The notes beneath the pieces are model-generated. The model ran no database searches, was not told where the DNA came from, and saw only the letters and a list, made by a program, of their open reading frames with translations. Shown piece by piece: positions 20,920 through 32,569 of a stretch of DNA of 64,000 bases. The translations under genes and the position numbers were made by a program. The stretch comes from an uncultured delta proteobacterium (GTDB taxonomy: Bacteria; Desulfobacterota; RBG-13-43-22), in the NCBI GenBank assembly GCA_963843145.1, contig CAWJJC010000005.1, forward strand, positions 32,001 to 96,000, written 5' to 3'. How positions within the stretch are numbered: position 1 is the stretch's first letter; the number at the start of each line of letters is the position of its first letter.

Positions 20920-21744
20920 ATGGATTTGATCAATAAACGAAATGGGAACGCGATCTCTCTCCAGGGCTCCGAAAAGGTAAACGGTGCTGAAAATCGAACC
21001 GCTAACGAGATGACTACCCATTTTTCCCTGGAAGGGATGACTTGTCCGGCCTGCGCGAAGAAGATTGAGCGGACGCTATCCGAACAGGCCGGGGTCAAGA
21101 ACGCGCAAGTGGACTTTTCACGGTCGTGAAAGCCCTGGTCAGCTTATAACCCGGAAGAGGTATCGGGCTGATGACTTGAAAGCGGCAGTGGAGGCAATCG
21201 GTTACCGGCTTACCTCCGGGGAGGCTGACGACCGGGAAGACACCGAAGGTTCCAATTCACCGAACACCGGAGCATACGTCCTTATCTGACCGGATTGGCG
21301 GCTGCCGGCGGTGTGGTGGGATTCTACCTGACGCTCATCACCTTGACCTCAGATTGGTACAACGCCCGGCTCGAGTTTAAAGAGTACTGGCCCTGGATTC
21401 TCGCCCTGGCGGCCGGACTGGGGCTGCAGGTCGCGTTGTTCTCCATGGCTCGGGCCTGGCAGCGCGGTCAGTCCCTGAAAACGGCTCGGTACAGCCTGGC
21501 CGCCTCCGGAGGCCTTTCAACCACAGCCATGGCGGCCTGCTGCGCCCATTACCTCGCGGCTGTCCTGCCGCTTTTGGGTCTGCCTTTTCTTTCGGCCACA
21601 GTCGCCGGTCTGGCCGAATACCAGACGTATTTTTTCTTCGTGGGTGTGCTTTCAAACCTGCTGGGTATCGGGTTCATGCTCCGAATGATGAACCGGAGCG
21701 GAATGATCGCGCTTCGCGTGTTCCGAGGCCCTGAGAACACTTAG
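20920..21744 (+). CDS. HMA domain fused to a 4-TM membrane domain (frameshifts at about 21125-21150 and 21270)
   Basis: GMTCPAC, AVEAIGY in the next frame, then SIRPYLTGLAAAGG leading into ORF 21295-21744, which carries MAACCAH. Confidence 0.6.
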
Positions 21745-21779
21745 ACAATTCCAATCCTAAAAGGAAGGAGAAAGTTATC

Positions 21780-22199
21780 ATGAAAACGTTAAAGCCTATT
21801 GAGCGGAATACCGGATTGACCCTGATTCTCTTATTGACCCTATTGGCCTGGGCAGGGGGAGCTATCGCCTACGACTCCGTCACCAACCGCGGTAACAGCG
21901 TAACCGTGGATGTGAAGCCGGTGCAACTGGCGGCCGGCCAGCCGGCGACTTTCGAGATCCGGATGAATACCCATTCCGTGGCGCTCGATCAGGACCTGGT
22001 GACCGTTTCCACGCTCCAGGACGACCAGGGGAAAACCTACCAACCGGTCAACTGGCAAGGTTCGGCACCCGGCGGGCACCATCGCCTGGGAGTGCTTTCG
22101 TTCCCGGCATTGGGCAGCGGCGTCAAATCCGTCAAGTTGATTATCAGAAAAGTCGCCGGCATCCCGGAACGGGCCTTTGAGTGGCGTATCGGGCGCTAA
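21780..22199 (+). CDS. secreted hypothetical protein with His motifs
   Basis: AAGGAG RBS, signal peptide, MNTHSV and GGHHR. Confidence 0.65.
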   Translation: MKTLKPIERNTGLTLILLLTLLAWAGGAIAYDSVTNRGNSVTVDVKPVQLAAGQPATFEIRMNTHSVALDQDLVTVSTLQDDQGKTYQPVNWQGSAPGGHHRLGVLSFPALGSGVKSVKLIIRKVAGIPERAFEWRIGR

Positions 22200-22242
22200 A
22201 GGGATACCCGGTGATTTCTGGAAAGGAACCGAAGTGATTTTT

Positions 22243-22431
22243 ATGATTATTATCTGGGTCGCGTTACTGATCGGACTTTTTCTCTTTGTCCCTTGGCTCT
22301 CGAAAGGCAGAGGAACGGACAGGGGGAACCCGCTCCTCACGGATTCCCCGCTTGACATCCTTAAGCGCCGTTACGCCCGTGGAGAGATCAACCGGGAAGA
22401 ATATTTGGAAAAACAAAAGGACCTGAACTAA
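22243..22431 (+). CDS. SHOCT-domain small membrane protein
   Basis: TM segment plus PLDILKRRYARGEINREEY. Confidence 0.8.
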   Translation: MIIIWVALLIGLFLFVPWLSKGRGTDRGNPLLTDSPLDILKRRYARGEINREEYLEKQKDLN

Positions 22432-22475
22432 CCGTTTTTGTTGCCGCCCATCGCAAAGAATCAAGGTGAGGTGAG

Positions 22476-22829
22476 ATGGACTTTATGATGCTTCTCATGT
22501 TTTCCCCCTTATTGGGCCTGGCCCTGTTTCTGGTATTGCCCTTCGGGGCAGCCCTTCAACTTTATATTCCGGTTTTTATCCTGGGAGGTTTCATCAATTT
22601 CAAGATGATGCGGTCGATGCATTTGCCGGTAAAAACCGGACCGCAGGAGATGATCGGAGAAGAGGCCGTGGTTCTGGAAGAGATCGATCCCGACGGCAAA
22701 GTCCGGACCCGGGGGGAAATCTGGAATGCCCGGGCCTTCGGTCACAAGTTCCAAAAAGGTGATAAAGCAAGAATTATCGGGGTTCAGGGACTGGTGTTGT
22801 TAGTGGAGGATCCGGGAAAGGGAAACTAG
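22476..22829 (+). CDS. NfeD-family protein
   Basis: TGPQEMIGEEA, GKVRTRGEIWNA, GDKARII. Confidence 0.8.
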   Translation: MDFMMLLMFSPLLGLALFLVLPFGAALQLYIPVFILGGFINFKMMRSMHLPVKTGPQEMIGEEAVVLEEIDPDGKVRTRGEIWNARAFGHKFQKGDKARIIGVQGLVLLVEDPGKGN

Positions 22830-22996
22830 CCCAGGACAGGGCAAGGTCTTCTTCCCGGCCCCTACTCGATGGAGGGGGAACCCAATGTACCTGACAGCAG
22901 AAATTGGAGCATCATCGCCAAGGAAAGGTCCGAGAGACCCCCATTAGCAGAAAGGAGGGGATAGCCTCTAAAACCCCTTAACCGCCACTTTTCACC

Positions 22997-23024
22997 TTGA
23001 CCGCTTTTCCATTCTATTTATAAT
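22997..23024 (+). promoter_or_regulatory. sigma70-like promoter
   Basis: TTGACC-16 nt-TATAAT upstream of the cytochrome c gene. Confidence 0.5.
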
Positions 23025-23074
23025 ATTCCATATAAAAATTCTAAAAAAATATACGCAAACCAGAGGTAAAGAAA

Positions 23075-24112
23075 ATGAATGATAAAATGAAATCTTTAGG
23101 GGCCTTCATCGTAACGGGAATGGTTCTTGTTCTTGCGTTTTTCGTTTTTATCAATGGGGGGAAAGCCGCGGAAGCTAAGCCGGGCGATCAGACCAAGACA
23201 AAATCCCCTAACCCAACCACCGGTTCTACTTTCGTCGTGACTCCCGTTCATGGACCTAGCTGGATCAGACACCTCGGACTTTTCGATATCCGCTATACGG
23301 CTATGGGACAACAGGGAGGTTCTCAACCCGCCCCTAAATCCTCACGGATTGAACCGGGATTCCAGATTGAAGTTCCACCACCGCGCGGCCGCAGGGGCAT
23401 GGGTATGATGATGGGACGCATTTATTCCAACTATCAAACCAGTCCGGAGCAAGTGGCCAAACTTATGGATGAGAAATTTTTTCTTACCGGAACGGACCTT
23501 TACCGTCTGGATTGTCAGTCCTGCCACGGTCCGAAAGGGGAAGGGGCTTTGCCGGAGATCAAATCACTCATCGGTCCGGTCAAAGGATCTTCACCTGCGC
23601 TGGTCGAGGAACGGATGAAGAAAATGGGCAGGCCCATCGGGAAGGAGCTGGCCAAGGAATTGGCCTCGCAAGCCGAGGCCAGCATCCGTCAACGGCTTCA
23701 GGAGGGCGGCAAAAAAATGCCCCCGTTCAAACATCTGGACCAAGAAGAAGTGGGCGCCTTGCTCCAATACCTGCAAGAGCACTTTGGTGAATTAAAGTCT
23801 AACCAAAAAGAAATTCTGGTCACCCAGTCCGTGGCCCGCGTGGGCCAGCATCTGGTTCAGGGGACCTGCCAAATCTGTCATGATGCCACAGGTCCGGGAA
23901 GAAGCCGTATGGGGATGATGCAGGGGAATATTCCCTCCCTGGCCAGCTTTCCCTATGAACAGTCGATACAAAGCGTGATCCGACAGGTTGAACTGGGAAC
24001 TATGCGCATGATGATGATGATGGGCGGCCAGAAAATGCCCGCCTTTCCGTATATCACCGAAGACGAAGCCGCGGCAGCCTACTTGTATTTGGTGAGGTAC
24101 CCGCCGGAATAA
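23075..24112 (+). CDS. diheme c-type cytochrome
   Basis: Signal/TM segment, CQSCH and CQICH, each followed by a distal KMPxF. Confidence 0.8.
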   Translation: MNDKMKSLGAFIVTGMVLVLAFFVFINGGKAAEAKPGDQTKTKSPNPTTGSTFVVTPVHGPSWIRHLGLFDIRYTAMGQQGGSQPAPKSSRIEPGFQIEVPPPRGRRGMGMMMGRIYSNYQTSPEQVAKLMDEKFFLTGTDLYRLDCQSCHGPKGEGALPEIKSLIGPVKGSSPALVEERMKKMGRPIGKELAKELASQAEASIRQRLQEGGKKMPPFKHLDQEEVGALLQYLQEHFGELKSNQKEILVTQSVARVGQHLVQGTCQICHDATGPGRSRMGMMQGNIPSLASFPYEQSIQSVIRQVELGTMRMMMMMGGQKMPAFPYITEDEAAAAYLYLVRYPPE

Positions 24113-24350
24113 CGGGCATAATCCAGCAGTTATCCCGCCCCCCTGGGAACGGTACCAAGGCGTTGTTTGTTTTCAGGTTATTCTCCAAGATAGTTGAAAG
24201 CAACGGGGGGGGGGGATATCGATCTTTAATCCTTGACCCCTTCGACCTGTCAACTCTTTCCAGATAAACCAAAGAGGTATACTGCAAGAGCCAAGCAAGA
24301 GAAACATAGGAGCATGGGCAGATCAAAAAACAAGGCCGTAGCAAAAATAA

Positions 24351-27300
24351 TTATTTGCCTTTGAACTCCCTCCCCTTCCAGATCATATAAATGGTGGGGT
24401 AAAGGACCAGTTCCAGAATAAGAGAGCTGACCACCCCGCCGACCATAGGGGCGGCGATCCGTTTCATGACATCGGAGCCGGCCCCTTGGCTGAACAAGAT
24501 GGGAATCAATCCGGCTAGGATGACGCTGACCGTCATCACCTTGGGACGAATCCGTTTGACTGCCCCGTAGAGGATGGCCTCCTTCAAAGCCGGAAGCCCT
24601 GAGAGCCGGCCTTCTTGCTTCCACTTTTCATAGGCCAATTCCAGGTAAAGGAGCATGACCACCCCGGTTTCGGCATCCAGACCGGCCAAGGCAATGATCC
24701 CCACCCAGACGGCAATACTCAGATTGTAATTGAGGAAATAGAGCAGCCAGAAGGAACCGACCAGGGAGAAAGGAACGGCCAGCAAAACAATCATGGTTTT
24801 AGTCACCGACCGGGTATTCAAGAAAATCAGGACGAAAATAATCAACAGGGTCAGCGGTATGACCAGCTTGAGCCGCTCCTCGGTCTGGACCAGATATTCA
24901 TATTCACCACTCCAACCAGGCGGTATCCGTCGGGGATCTTCAGGGAGGCCACCATTTCTTGGCCTCCTGCACATAGCCGCCCACATCCCGGCCGCTGAAG
25001 TCCACGTAGACATCAGCGGTCAAGTCCATCATCGCTCTTGATGGCCTTGCGACATTGGACGAAGCGGATCTCCGCCACATGACCCAGAGGGATCTGGCCT
25101 TTACTCCGACCTCCACCGGTCCCCTTCCGCCTCCCGCAGAGGCGGCCGCGGGTCGATCTGCGGGATCGGAATCAGCACCCGATTCAAATGGTCCAGGCTG
25201 TCGCGCAGTTCCCGGGGATAACGTATATTGACCGGATAGCGTTCCCGTCCCTCCACGGTGGTGGTAACATTCATCCCGCCGATGGCCGTTTCGACGACTT
25301 CCTGAATATCCTCCACATTCAATCCGTAGCGGGCCGCTTCCTGCCGGTTGATCGACCACATCCAGAAAATAACCGGTGGTCACCCGTTCGGCATAGACGC
25401 TGCGGGTGCCGGGCACTTCCTTCACCTTTTTCTCGATCTCCAAACCGATTCGCTCCAGCTCCTCGATCTCGGGGGCCCAGGATCTTGATCCCCACCGGGG
25501 TACGGATCCCGGTGGCCAGCATATCGATGCGGGCTTTGATGGGCATAGTAAAGGAATTAGATACCCCGGGAATGGTCAACAGGTCATTCATCTCGTCTTT
25601 CAGTTTTTCCACGGTCATCCCCGGCCGCCACTTCAGCTTTCGGTTTGAGGTTGATGACCGTTTCAAACATCTCCAGCGGGGCCGGGTCGGTGGCGGTCTC
25701 CGCCCGCCCGGCCTTGCCGAAAACCTGAGCCACTTCCGGGATGCTTTTCAGCAGCTGGTCCTGTAAACGGAGCAAATCGGAAACTACCGAAACTGAGGCC
25801 GCCGGCACGGTCACCGGCATGTAAAAGAGGGTCCCCTCATAGAGGGGCGGCATGAACTCCGTGCCGAACTTTTTAAAGGGGTAATAGGTCAGCACAAGGA
25901 TGATCAGCCCTAAAACGAGGACCGTCTTTCGGAACCGCAGCGCCAGATGGACCACCGGCTCATAGAGTTTGTGGAGCAGCGAACTGATGGGGTTTTTTTC
26001 CTCGGGGCGGATTTTACCCCGGATGAACAACGTCATCAAGACCGGGGTGAGCGTCACGGCCAGGAAGGAGGCGAAGAGCATGGCAAAGGTCTTGGTATAG
26101 GCCAGGGGCTTGAAGAGCCGGCCGGCCTGGGACTGGAGGGTAAAAACCGGCAGAAAGCCGACGGTGATGACCAGGAGCGAGAAAAAAAGGGAAGGCCCCA
26201 CTTCTTGGGCGGCCTCAATGATGACATCCTCCAGGGCGAGGATTCGGACGACCGCTGCGGCCTTCCCACTCTTCCAGTTTTTTGTGGGCGTTTTCCACCA
26301 TGATAATCGAGGCATCCACCATGCGCCGATGGCAATGGCGATGCCGCTCAAACTCATGATGTTGGAGGTTACCTGGAGATAGTACATGAGGATGAAGGAT
26401 ATAATGATGGCCAATGGGAGGGTCAGGATGACCACCAGGGCGCTGGGCAGATGGAACAAAAAGATAATGCAGACCGCACTGACGGCGATGGAAAGTTTGA
26501 GGATCTCATCTTTCAAGGTAGCTATGGAGCGATGGATCAGATCGGACCGGTCGTAGGTGGTGACGATCTTGACCCCTTGGGGCAGGCTGGGTTCGATGTC
26601 TTTCTTGATTTTTTCTTTAACCCGGTCGATTACGTTCAGGACATTTTCCCCAAAGCGGACAACGACGATCCCGCCGGCCACCTCTCCCCGGCCATCCAGG
26701 TCGGCAAGGCCTCGGCGGATCTCCGGCCCCAATTGGATCCGGGCCACATCCTTCAGATAGATCGGTGTCCCGGCCCCATTGGTCCCCACGGCGACGATCT
26801 CCAGATCCTCCAGGCTCTTGAGATAGCCCCGGCCCCGAACCATGTATTCCACACCGGAGAAATCGATGACCCGCCCTTCCACATCCAGGTTGCTCCGGCG
26901 TACGGCCGTTATGACCTGGTTGAAAGGGATGCCGTAAGCGCTCAAGCGGTTGGGATCCACTGTAATCTGGTATTGTTTCACGAAGCCGCCGAGGCTGGCC
27001 ACCTGGGCAACTCCGGGGACGCTTTCCAGGGCCAGCTTAAGGTTCCAGTCCTGCAAAGAGCGCAACTGGGCCTGGTCCAGTTTATTTCCCGTATCCACCA
27101 CGGCATAAGAAAAACCCCAACCCAAACTGGTGGCATCGGGGCCGAGGATCGGGTTGACATTGGCGGGCAGCTTGTTTTTCACTGCCTGGAGGTATTCCAG
27201 GATACGGCTCCGGGCCCAGTAGATATCCGTCCCGTCTTCGAAGATCACATAGATGAAGGAACTTCCCAGGTAGGAAAAACCGCGGACGGCCCGGACTTTG

Positions 27301-27530
27301 GGGGCGGCCAGCAAAGTCGAGGTGATCGGATAGGTGACCTGGTCCTCCACCAGGTCCGGACTTCGGCCCACCCATTCCGTGAAAATAATGACCTGGGTAT
27401 CGCTTAAATCGGGGATGGCATCCAGCGGGGTTTGGGTCATGGCCCAATAGCCCCAGATCCCCGCAAAGAAGACTAAGAGGACGACGATGAATTTGTTGCG
27501 GGCGCTGGCTTCAATGATTTTGGCAATCAT
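24351..27530 (-). CDS. cusA: CusA/CzcA heavy-metal RND permease (multiple frameshifts)
   Basis: [72 protein letters not shown], spread over several ORFs. Confidence 0.9.
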
Positions 27531-27643
27531 ACTTATTCCGTCAGGCGTCAGAAGCAAGGAGTGAGGAGTAAAAAGAACAGGGACCCGATTCCAAGGGAAG
27601 GGCTCTCTTTAGTGTCAGAGCTCCCTTCGGTTGTGGGGGATCG

Positions 27644-28868
27644 TTAGGGTTTGCTGGGAGCGATCCCCTTCAGATTCGCTTCGGAACAATCCGGAAATTG
27701 CGAAGGCGGCAGACTTGTTCCCCGGGCTGCAACCCTTTGAGGATCTCGAACCATTGTACGGCGCGGAGACCGGAACGGTAACCTTCAGCGGTTCGGAAGT
27801 TGCCTTCTCCCTTATCGACATAGACGATCTGCCGCGTCCCCGTGTCGATCACCGCATCCCCCGGAACCGACAATCGCCGGCCCAAATTGATTTTCAACTC
27901 CACCTGGCCGAACATCTGCGGCTTCAGGATTCCCTGGGGATTGGGCAGGGTGAACCGCGCCTTGGCGGTGCGGGCCTCCGCGGACATAGTGGGATAAATA
28001 AAATCAATGACCGCCGAAAATTCCCGGCCGGGGAAGTAACTCAAACGGATCTGGGCCTGCTCACCGACCTTGATTAAGGGGAGTTCGCTCTCATAAATAT
28101 CCGCCACCACCCAGACCGAGGATAGATCAACCACCTCAAACAACTTCTCCCCCGGCATGACCTTCATTCCCTGGACGGCCATTTTTTGCATAATCTGGCC
28201 GCTGACCGGGCTATAGAGGGTCAGGGCTCTGATCGGCTGGCCGGTCTCTTCGATCCGCCGGATCTGGGCCTCGGAGATGTCCCAGAGACGGAGCCGTTGT
28301 CGGGCCGCCCCCAGGATAGCCTCGGCGTCCTGGCCCAGAAGATCCCCGAATTCTCCTCCTTTAAGGGACTTCTTCCAGCGCAATACATTCAGAAATTCCT
28401 GCTGGGTGGCCAGCAACTCGGGGCTGTAGATCTCCGCGACCGGCTGACCCTGTTTGACCGTTTCCCCGGTGGCATTGATATAGAGTTTTTCAATCCAGCC
28501 TTCCACCTTGGTATTGATGTAGGCCTGTCTACGCTCATCGCTTTCAATCCGGACCCACGGTGCGAATGGTTTTGGTCAGGGACGCAGCCCCACGGCGGCG
28601 CTTTTCAGCCCGATGAGTTTTTGTTTATCCAGTGGGATCTCCACAGTGGGGGCCGGCGGCGAGGCCGGTTCCGGTTTAGCCGCCTGGGGGGTGGGCGGGG
28701 GCTGGCCCTTTCCCGCCGCGGGCGAATGCTGGTGGCCCTGGGCCCAGACGGCTTTTAGACCGAGAAGGCCATTATGATCAGGTGAAGCACGCCCCTCCCA
28801 CCTATGGCTGAGATCGAAGGCCACCGGCGAAGAATTGATCCAGAGAGGGAGGATTTACTTTTTCTCAT
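27644..28868 (-). CDS. cusB: CusB-like RND periplasmic adaptor (multiple frameshifts; ends approximate)
   Basis: GWIEKLY, YSPELLATQQE, LSSVWVVADIYE, FIYPT, LKPQM, AVIDTG. Confidence 0.85.
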
Positions 28869-30208
28869 TTTTTTCGTCCTGGCTTGAAACCTCCTTCGAC
28901 CCGTCAAGGGCTCCAGGCGAGCAATGGCTTTTTCCCTTTCCACCAACTGACTCCAGTACAATAACTCAATATCCAGCAGGGCCTTCCAGCGGCTGATGAC
29001 CGTGATGGCTTCCACCTTCCCGGTGATGTAACCCGATAAGGAAAGTTGAATATCCTGACGGGCCTTGGGGAGCAGCCCCTCCTGGTAGAGTTTCATCAGG
29101 TTGCCCGCCGACCGGATCATGGAATCATTTTCCCGGAGGCTGGAGGCCTGCATGATTTCCGTGGCCAGCAACTCTTTCCGGGCCTGCCGTTTGGCGGCTT
29201 CAGCCTCCAAAACTCCCTGCCGCTGCTTTTCCCTATAGAAGAGGGGGATATTGACCGTGGCCGTCAGGCTCCACATATCCTCAAACACCCCGGTCCGTTT
29301 GAAAAGATTGGCCCCCAGGGTAAAATCCGGGTAGTATTCCTTTTGGGCCATTTTGACCTTGGCTTCCGTTCCCTCCAGCATCTCGGCCTTGGCTTTCAAT
29401 TCCGGGGAATGGTCCTGGGCCTGAGGCAACAGATCATCTAGGAAAGGAGGTAAGGAGTGGGGACGGGCTCGAGGGCGGACCAGGGGGCTGCGCACCTCCC
29501 GGCCATAGGGCGGCGATTGAGCATCCCCTCCGTGGCCTGGATTTTCTGGTTGGCCATCTCTTCCCGCTCCAGAAGCAGGTACTTTTCCGTCTGGGCCATG
29601 ACCACTTCCTGCTGGGAAGCCATTCCGCTCGCGTAGCGGGACAGGGCCGCTTCCTCCACCTGCTTGAGCAGGTCACCTCTATCCCGCAACAGGTCCCGAG
29701 TCTTATAGGCCAGGAACAGGTCGTAATAGAATTCTTTGACTTTGCTGATCGTTTTCAAGCGCAGGGTCTGATGCCTGTGTTTCAGACTCTCAGCCTCCCG
29801 GGCGGCCATCTCAGACTTCAAGCCCCGCTTGCCGTAAAAAGGAACCATCTGAGATACAGAAAACATCCACTGGGCACCCAGCGCCTCCCCGAACGTATAG
29901 CTGCCGTATCCCTCGTTCTGATAGCCCGTCATAAACATGGGATCCGGCAGGCTGCCGGCTTGGGGGACTTTATGGTTCGCGGCCTCGACTCCGGCCTGGG
30001 AAGCGCTCAGATCCGGATTATTCCGGAGCGCCTCGTCGATTAAGGCCTTTAAGAAAAGCCCCTCCGCCCCGGCCCCTGTACTTCCCAAAGCGAGGAGAAG
30101 GCCAACCACGGCCCCGCAAGTCCAGCGGACCCTCTTTCTCGGGGATAATGCCTTTTTCGCCCTGAGCTTCGCGCTCCGCGCTCCGCGCTTTTTAATTCGC
30201 ATCCACAT
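28755..30208 (-). CDS. TolC-family outer-membrane efflux protein (frameshift near 29450-29520)
   Basis: EALRNNPDL, LPDP, SPELKA, YYPDFT, NIPLF; upstream of cusB. Confidence 0.8.
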
Positions 30209-30581
30209 TAAACTTCACTCTTCTCACTTTATCGCCCTGGGTGATCTGGATGGTGGTATTCCAGCTTCCGGCCATGGATGGAGTCATCTTGACCTTGTAG
30301 ACGGTGCCTTTCAACTCCGCGTCGGCCTTGTAAAACATGGCCGGCATCCCCGGCATGGCCGGCATCCCATAGTCCAGTTTGACCTTGGCCGCGGTCACGT
30401 TCTTGCCGGCCGCATCCTTGATCTCGATGGTCACATTGTTCTCCCCCACCACCGGAGGGTTCTTGTCGATTTTAACCAGAACGGTATAGTCCTCGGCCTT
30501 CTTGGCAATCTCATAGTCTTTGGCAAAGGCCAACCCAGTGGTCAGCAACAGGGTAATAAACAAGTAAACTAATTTATTCAT
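30192..30581 (-). CDS. FixH/YtkA-family periplasmic protein
   Basis: Signal peptide, PPVVGEN, MPAMPGMPAM, MAGSW. Confidence 0.75.
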   Translation of the reverse strand: MNKLVYLFITLLLTTGLAFAKDYEIAKKAEDYTVLVKIDKNPPVVGENNVTIEIKDAAGKNVTAAKVKLDYGMPAMPGMPAMFYKADAELKGTVYKVKMTPSMAGSWNTTIQITQGDKVRRVKFNVDAN

Positions 30582-30758
30582 TAGGTATCCCCCTTTTCAT
30601 AATTTTTACATTTTAAGTACTCCCAGGACCGCAACAAGAAATTTTATTTTCTTACCAAGAAAACAAGCTATAGTACAAAGAGGTTCGTAGTCTGGCCTTT
30701 TGCTCCAGAAGAAAGAAATGAGGACTTTTGAATTTCGGAGGATCCGAGGGATTTTCTG

Positions 30759-31160
30759 GTGAAGATAAAATTCTGGTTGTGGGCCGCTTTTTTGGTTTTT
30801 TGGGTTGGCCTGGGATTATCCTCGCAGGTTCAACTGGTAAAAAAACTAATTCCCCGGGAAGGCTTTTCGGCCTTTACCGACCCGGTATCCGTTCGGGAGA
30901 ATCAATTGCGGGCAATAAAACCGTTTCTGCCCGCCCGCGGAACAATCGGTTTCGTCTCCGACCGGGATGAAGTGGCTGATTTCTATCAAACCCAGTACGC
31001 CCTCTCTCCCCTGCTGATCTCCAGAGATCCCGCGATTTCCCCGGCCATCGGGATCCTCTATGATCCTTCCACCCTTAAGAAGATAGCAACGCAACATAGA
31101 ATGCAAGTCGTCCGGGTTTTTGAAAACGGCCTGGTTCTCCTGGAACGTGCGCCTCGTTGA
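30759..31160 (+). CDS. hypothetical membrane-anchored protein
   Basis: N-terminal hydrophobic segment, QYALSP; TGATG overlap with the next gene. Confidence 0.55.
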   Translation: MKIKFWLWAAFLVFWVGLGLSSQVQLVKKLIPREGFSAFTDPVSVRENQLRAIKPFLPARGTIGFVSDRDEVADFYQTQYALSPLLISRDPAISPAIGILYDPSTLKKIATQHRMQVVRVFENGLVLLERAPR

Positions 31161-32563
31161 TGGCCTTCTTTTTTTCCCTAGTGATTTCTTTCCTTACGGG
31201 GTCGGCCTTGGTCGATCGATTGCTTTCCGGCCAGGGAGAAAAATATCCTTTCGTCTTTCGCCTCTTCCTCGGCCTGGGATTGGGCTTGGGGTTATCTTCC
31301 GCCCTCCTTTTTCTTTGGCTTTTAACGATTGGCCGATTTCAGAAAAGCTATATACTTTTGGAATTACTGCTCTGCTTCTTCTTGATGATGCACTCGGCAT
31401 TTAGCAGAAGGCGGCGACCGAAAAACCCGGAACCGCGGGGTCCCCGACCGTCTCCCAGCGGGATCAGCCGTCTGGCCGCTTCGGGTTTTTACCTGCTTTT
31501 AATCAGCGGTATTTTGGTCTTGGTTCTAATCTCCTTTTTGTATCCCCATGGAAATTGGGACGCCTGGGCCATTTGGAATAACCGGGCCCGATTTATTTTT
31601 AGGGGTGCAGAAAATTGGCGAGTTGGCTTCAGCCCCCTTCTGGGCTGGTCTCATCCGGATTATCCCTTGTTGCTGCCTTTAGCTATAGCGCGCGGCTGGT
31701 TTTACCTGGGGGAGGAAGCGCTTTGGGTACCATCGGCGCTGGCTTTACTATTTACCCTCAGCACTACCGGGATACTGGTTTCTTCCTTACGCCTGATAAA
31801 AAGCAGCAGTCAGGGAACCCTGGCGGGGATACTCCTTTTGGGGACCCCTTTCTTCTTGATCCATGGGGCCTCCCAATATGCGGATATCCCTTTAGCCTTT
31901 TACTTTCTTTCGGGAATTGCCCTTTTATCCTTATCCGACCACAAGCCCTCGAAGAGCTACGGAGGCCCTGTTTTGGCCGGCCTATTCATCGGGTTCTCCG
32001 CCTGGACTAAAAACGAGGGGCAGGTCTTGGCGGCCCTAGTACCTCTCTCGATGCTGTTTATTGGGGCCCTAACCCATCGCTGGAAGCTCCAATGGAAACC
32101 CTGTCTATTTTTCCTGGTCGGGTTGGCGCCAGTCCTGGTGTTGATCCTCTACCATAAACTCCTTTTAGCCCCGGCCAATAGTTTTTATACCCTAAACCGA
32201 CCGGAACCATTGGCGGCCCATCTGGCCGACATGGGCCGATATTGGACCATCCTGATTCGGTTTTTTAAAAGCGCTTTTTACTTTGGGCAATGGCCCTTTC
32301 CCTGGCTGCCGATTCTGATTTTATACGCTGTCCTCGCGCGCCTTTCTGATCAAGCTTCAAAAAAGGACCTTTTCCCCTTTATTTTAATCTTGCTGCAAAC
32401 CGCCGGTTTTTTTCTGGTCTTCCTTCTCTTCCCCTCAAACCTGACCTTTTATCTGGATACCACGCTGGACCGACTCTTCCTGCAACTCTTTCCCGTTCTG
32501 CTTTTTGCAATTTTTTCTGTTTTGAAGACGCCCGAAGAAATTTTGCGAGGTCATCAAACCTGA
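31157..32563 (+). CDS. GT-C fold (GT39/PMT-like) membrane glycosyltransferase
   Basis: Multi-TM; WDAWAIW, HPDYPLL, YADIPL, WTKNEG. Confidence 0.65.
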   Translation: MMAFFFSLVISFLTGSALVDRLLSGQGEKYPFVFRLFLGLGLGLGLSSALLFLWLLTIGRFQKSYILLELLLCFFLMMHSAFSRRRRPKNPEPRGPRPSPSGISRLAASGFYLLLISGILVLVLISFLYPHGNWDAWAIWNNRARFIFRGAENWRVGFSPLLGWSHPDYPLLLPLAIARGWFYLGEEALWVPSALALLFTLSTTGILVSSLRLIKSSSQGTLAGILLLGTPFFLIHGASQYADIPLAFYFLSGIALLSLSDHKPSKSYGGPVLAGLFIGFSAWTKNEGQVLAALVPLSMLFIGALTHRWKLQWKPCLFFLVGLAPVLVLILYHKLLLAPANSFYTLNRPEPLAAHLADMGRYWTILIRFFKSAFYFGQWPFPWLPILILYAVLARLSDQASKKDLFPFILILLQTAGFFLVFLLFPSNLTFYLDTTLDRLFLQLFPVLLFAIFSVLKTPEEILRGHQT

Positions 32564-32569
32564 GGCCTG

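Noticed and set aside
24351-30208. Programmed frameshifting or genuinely split cus genes
   Set aside because: Too many irregular breaks and no consistent slippery-site pattern; error or decay is simpler.
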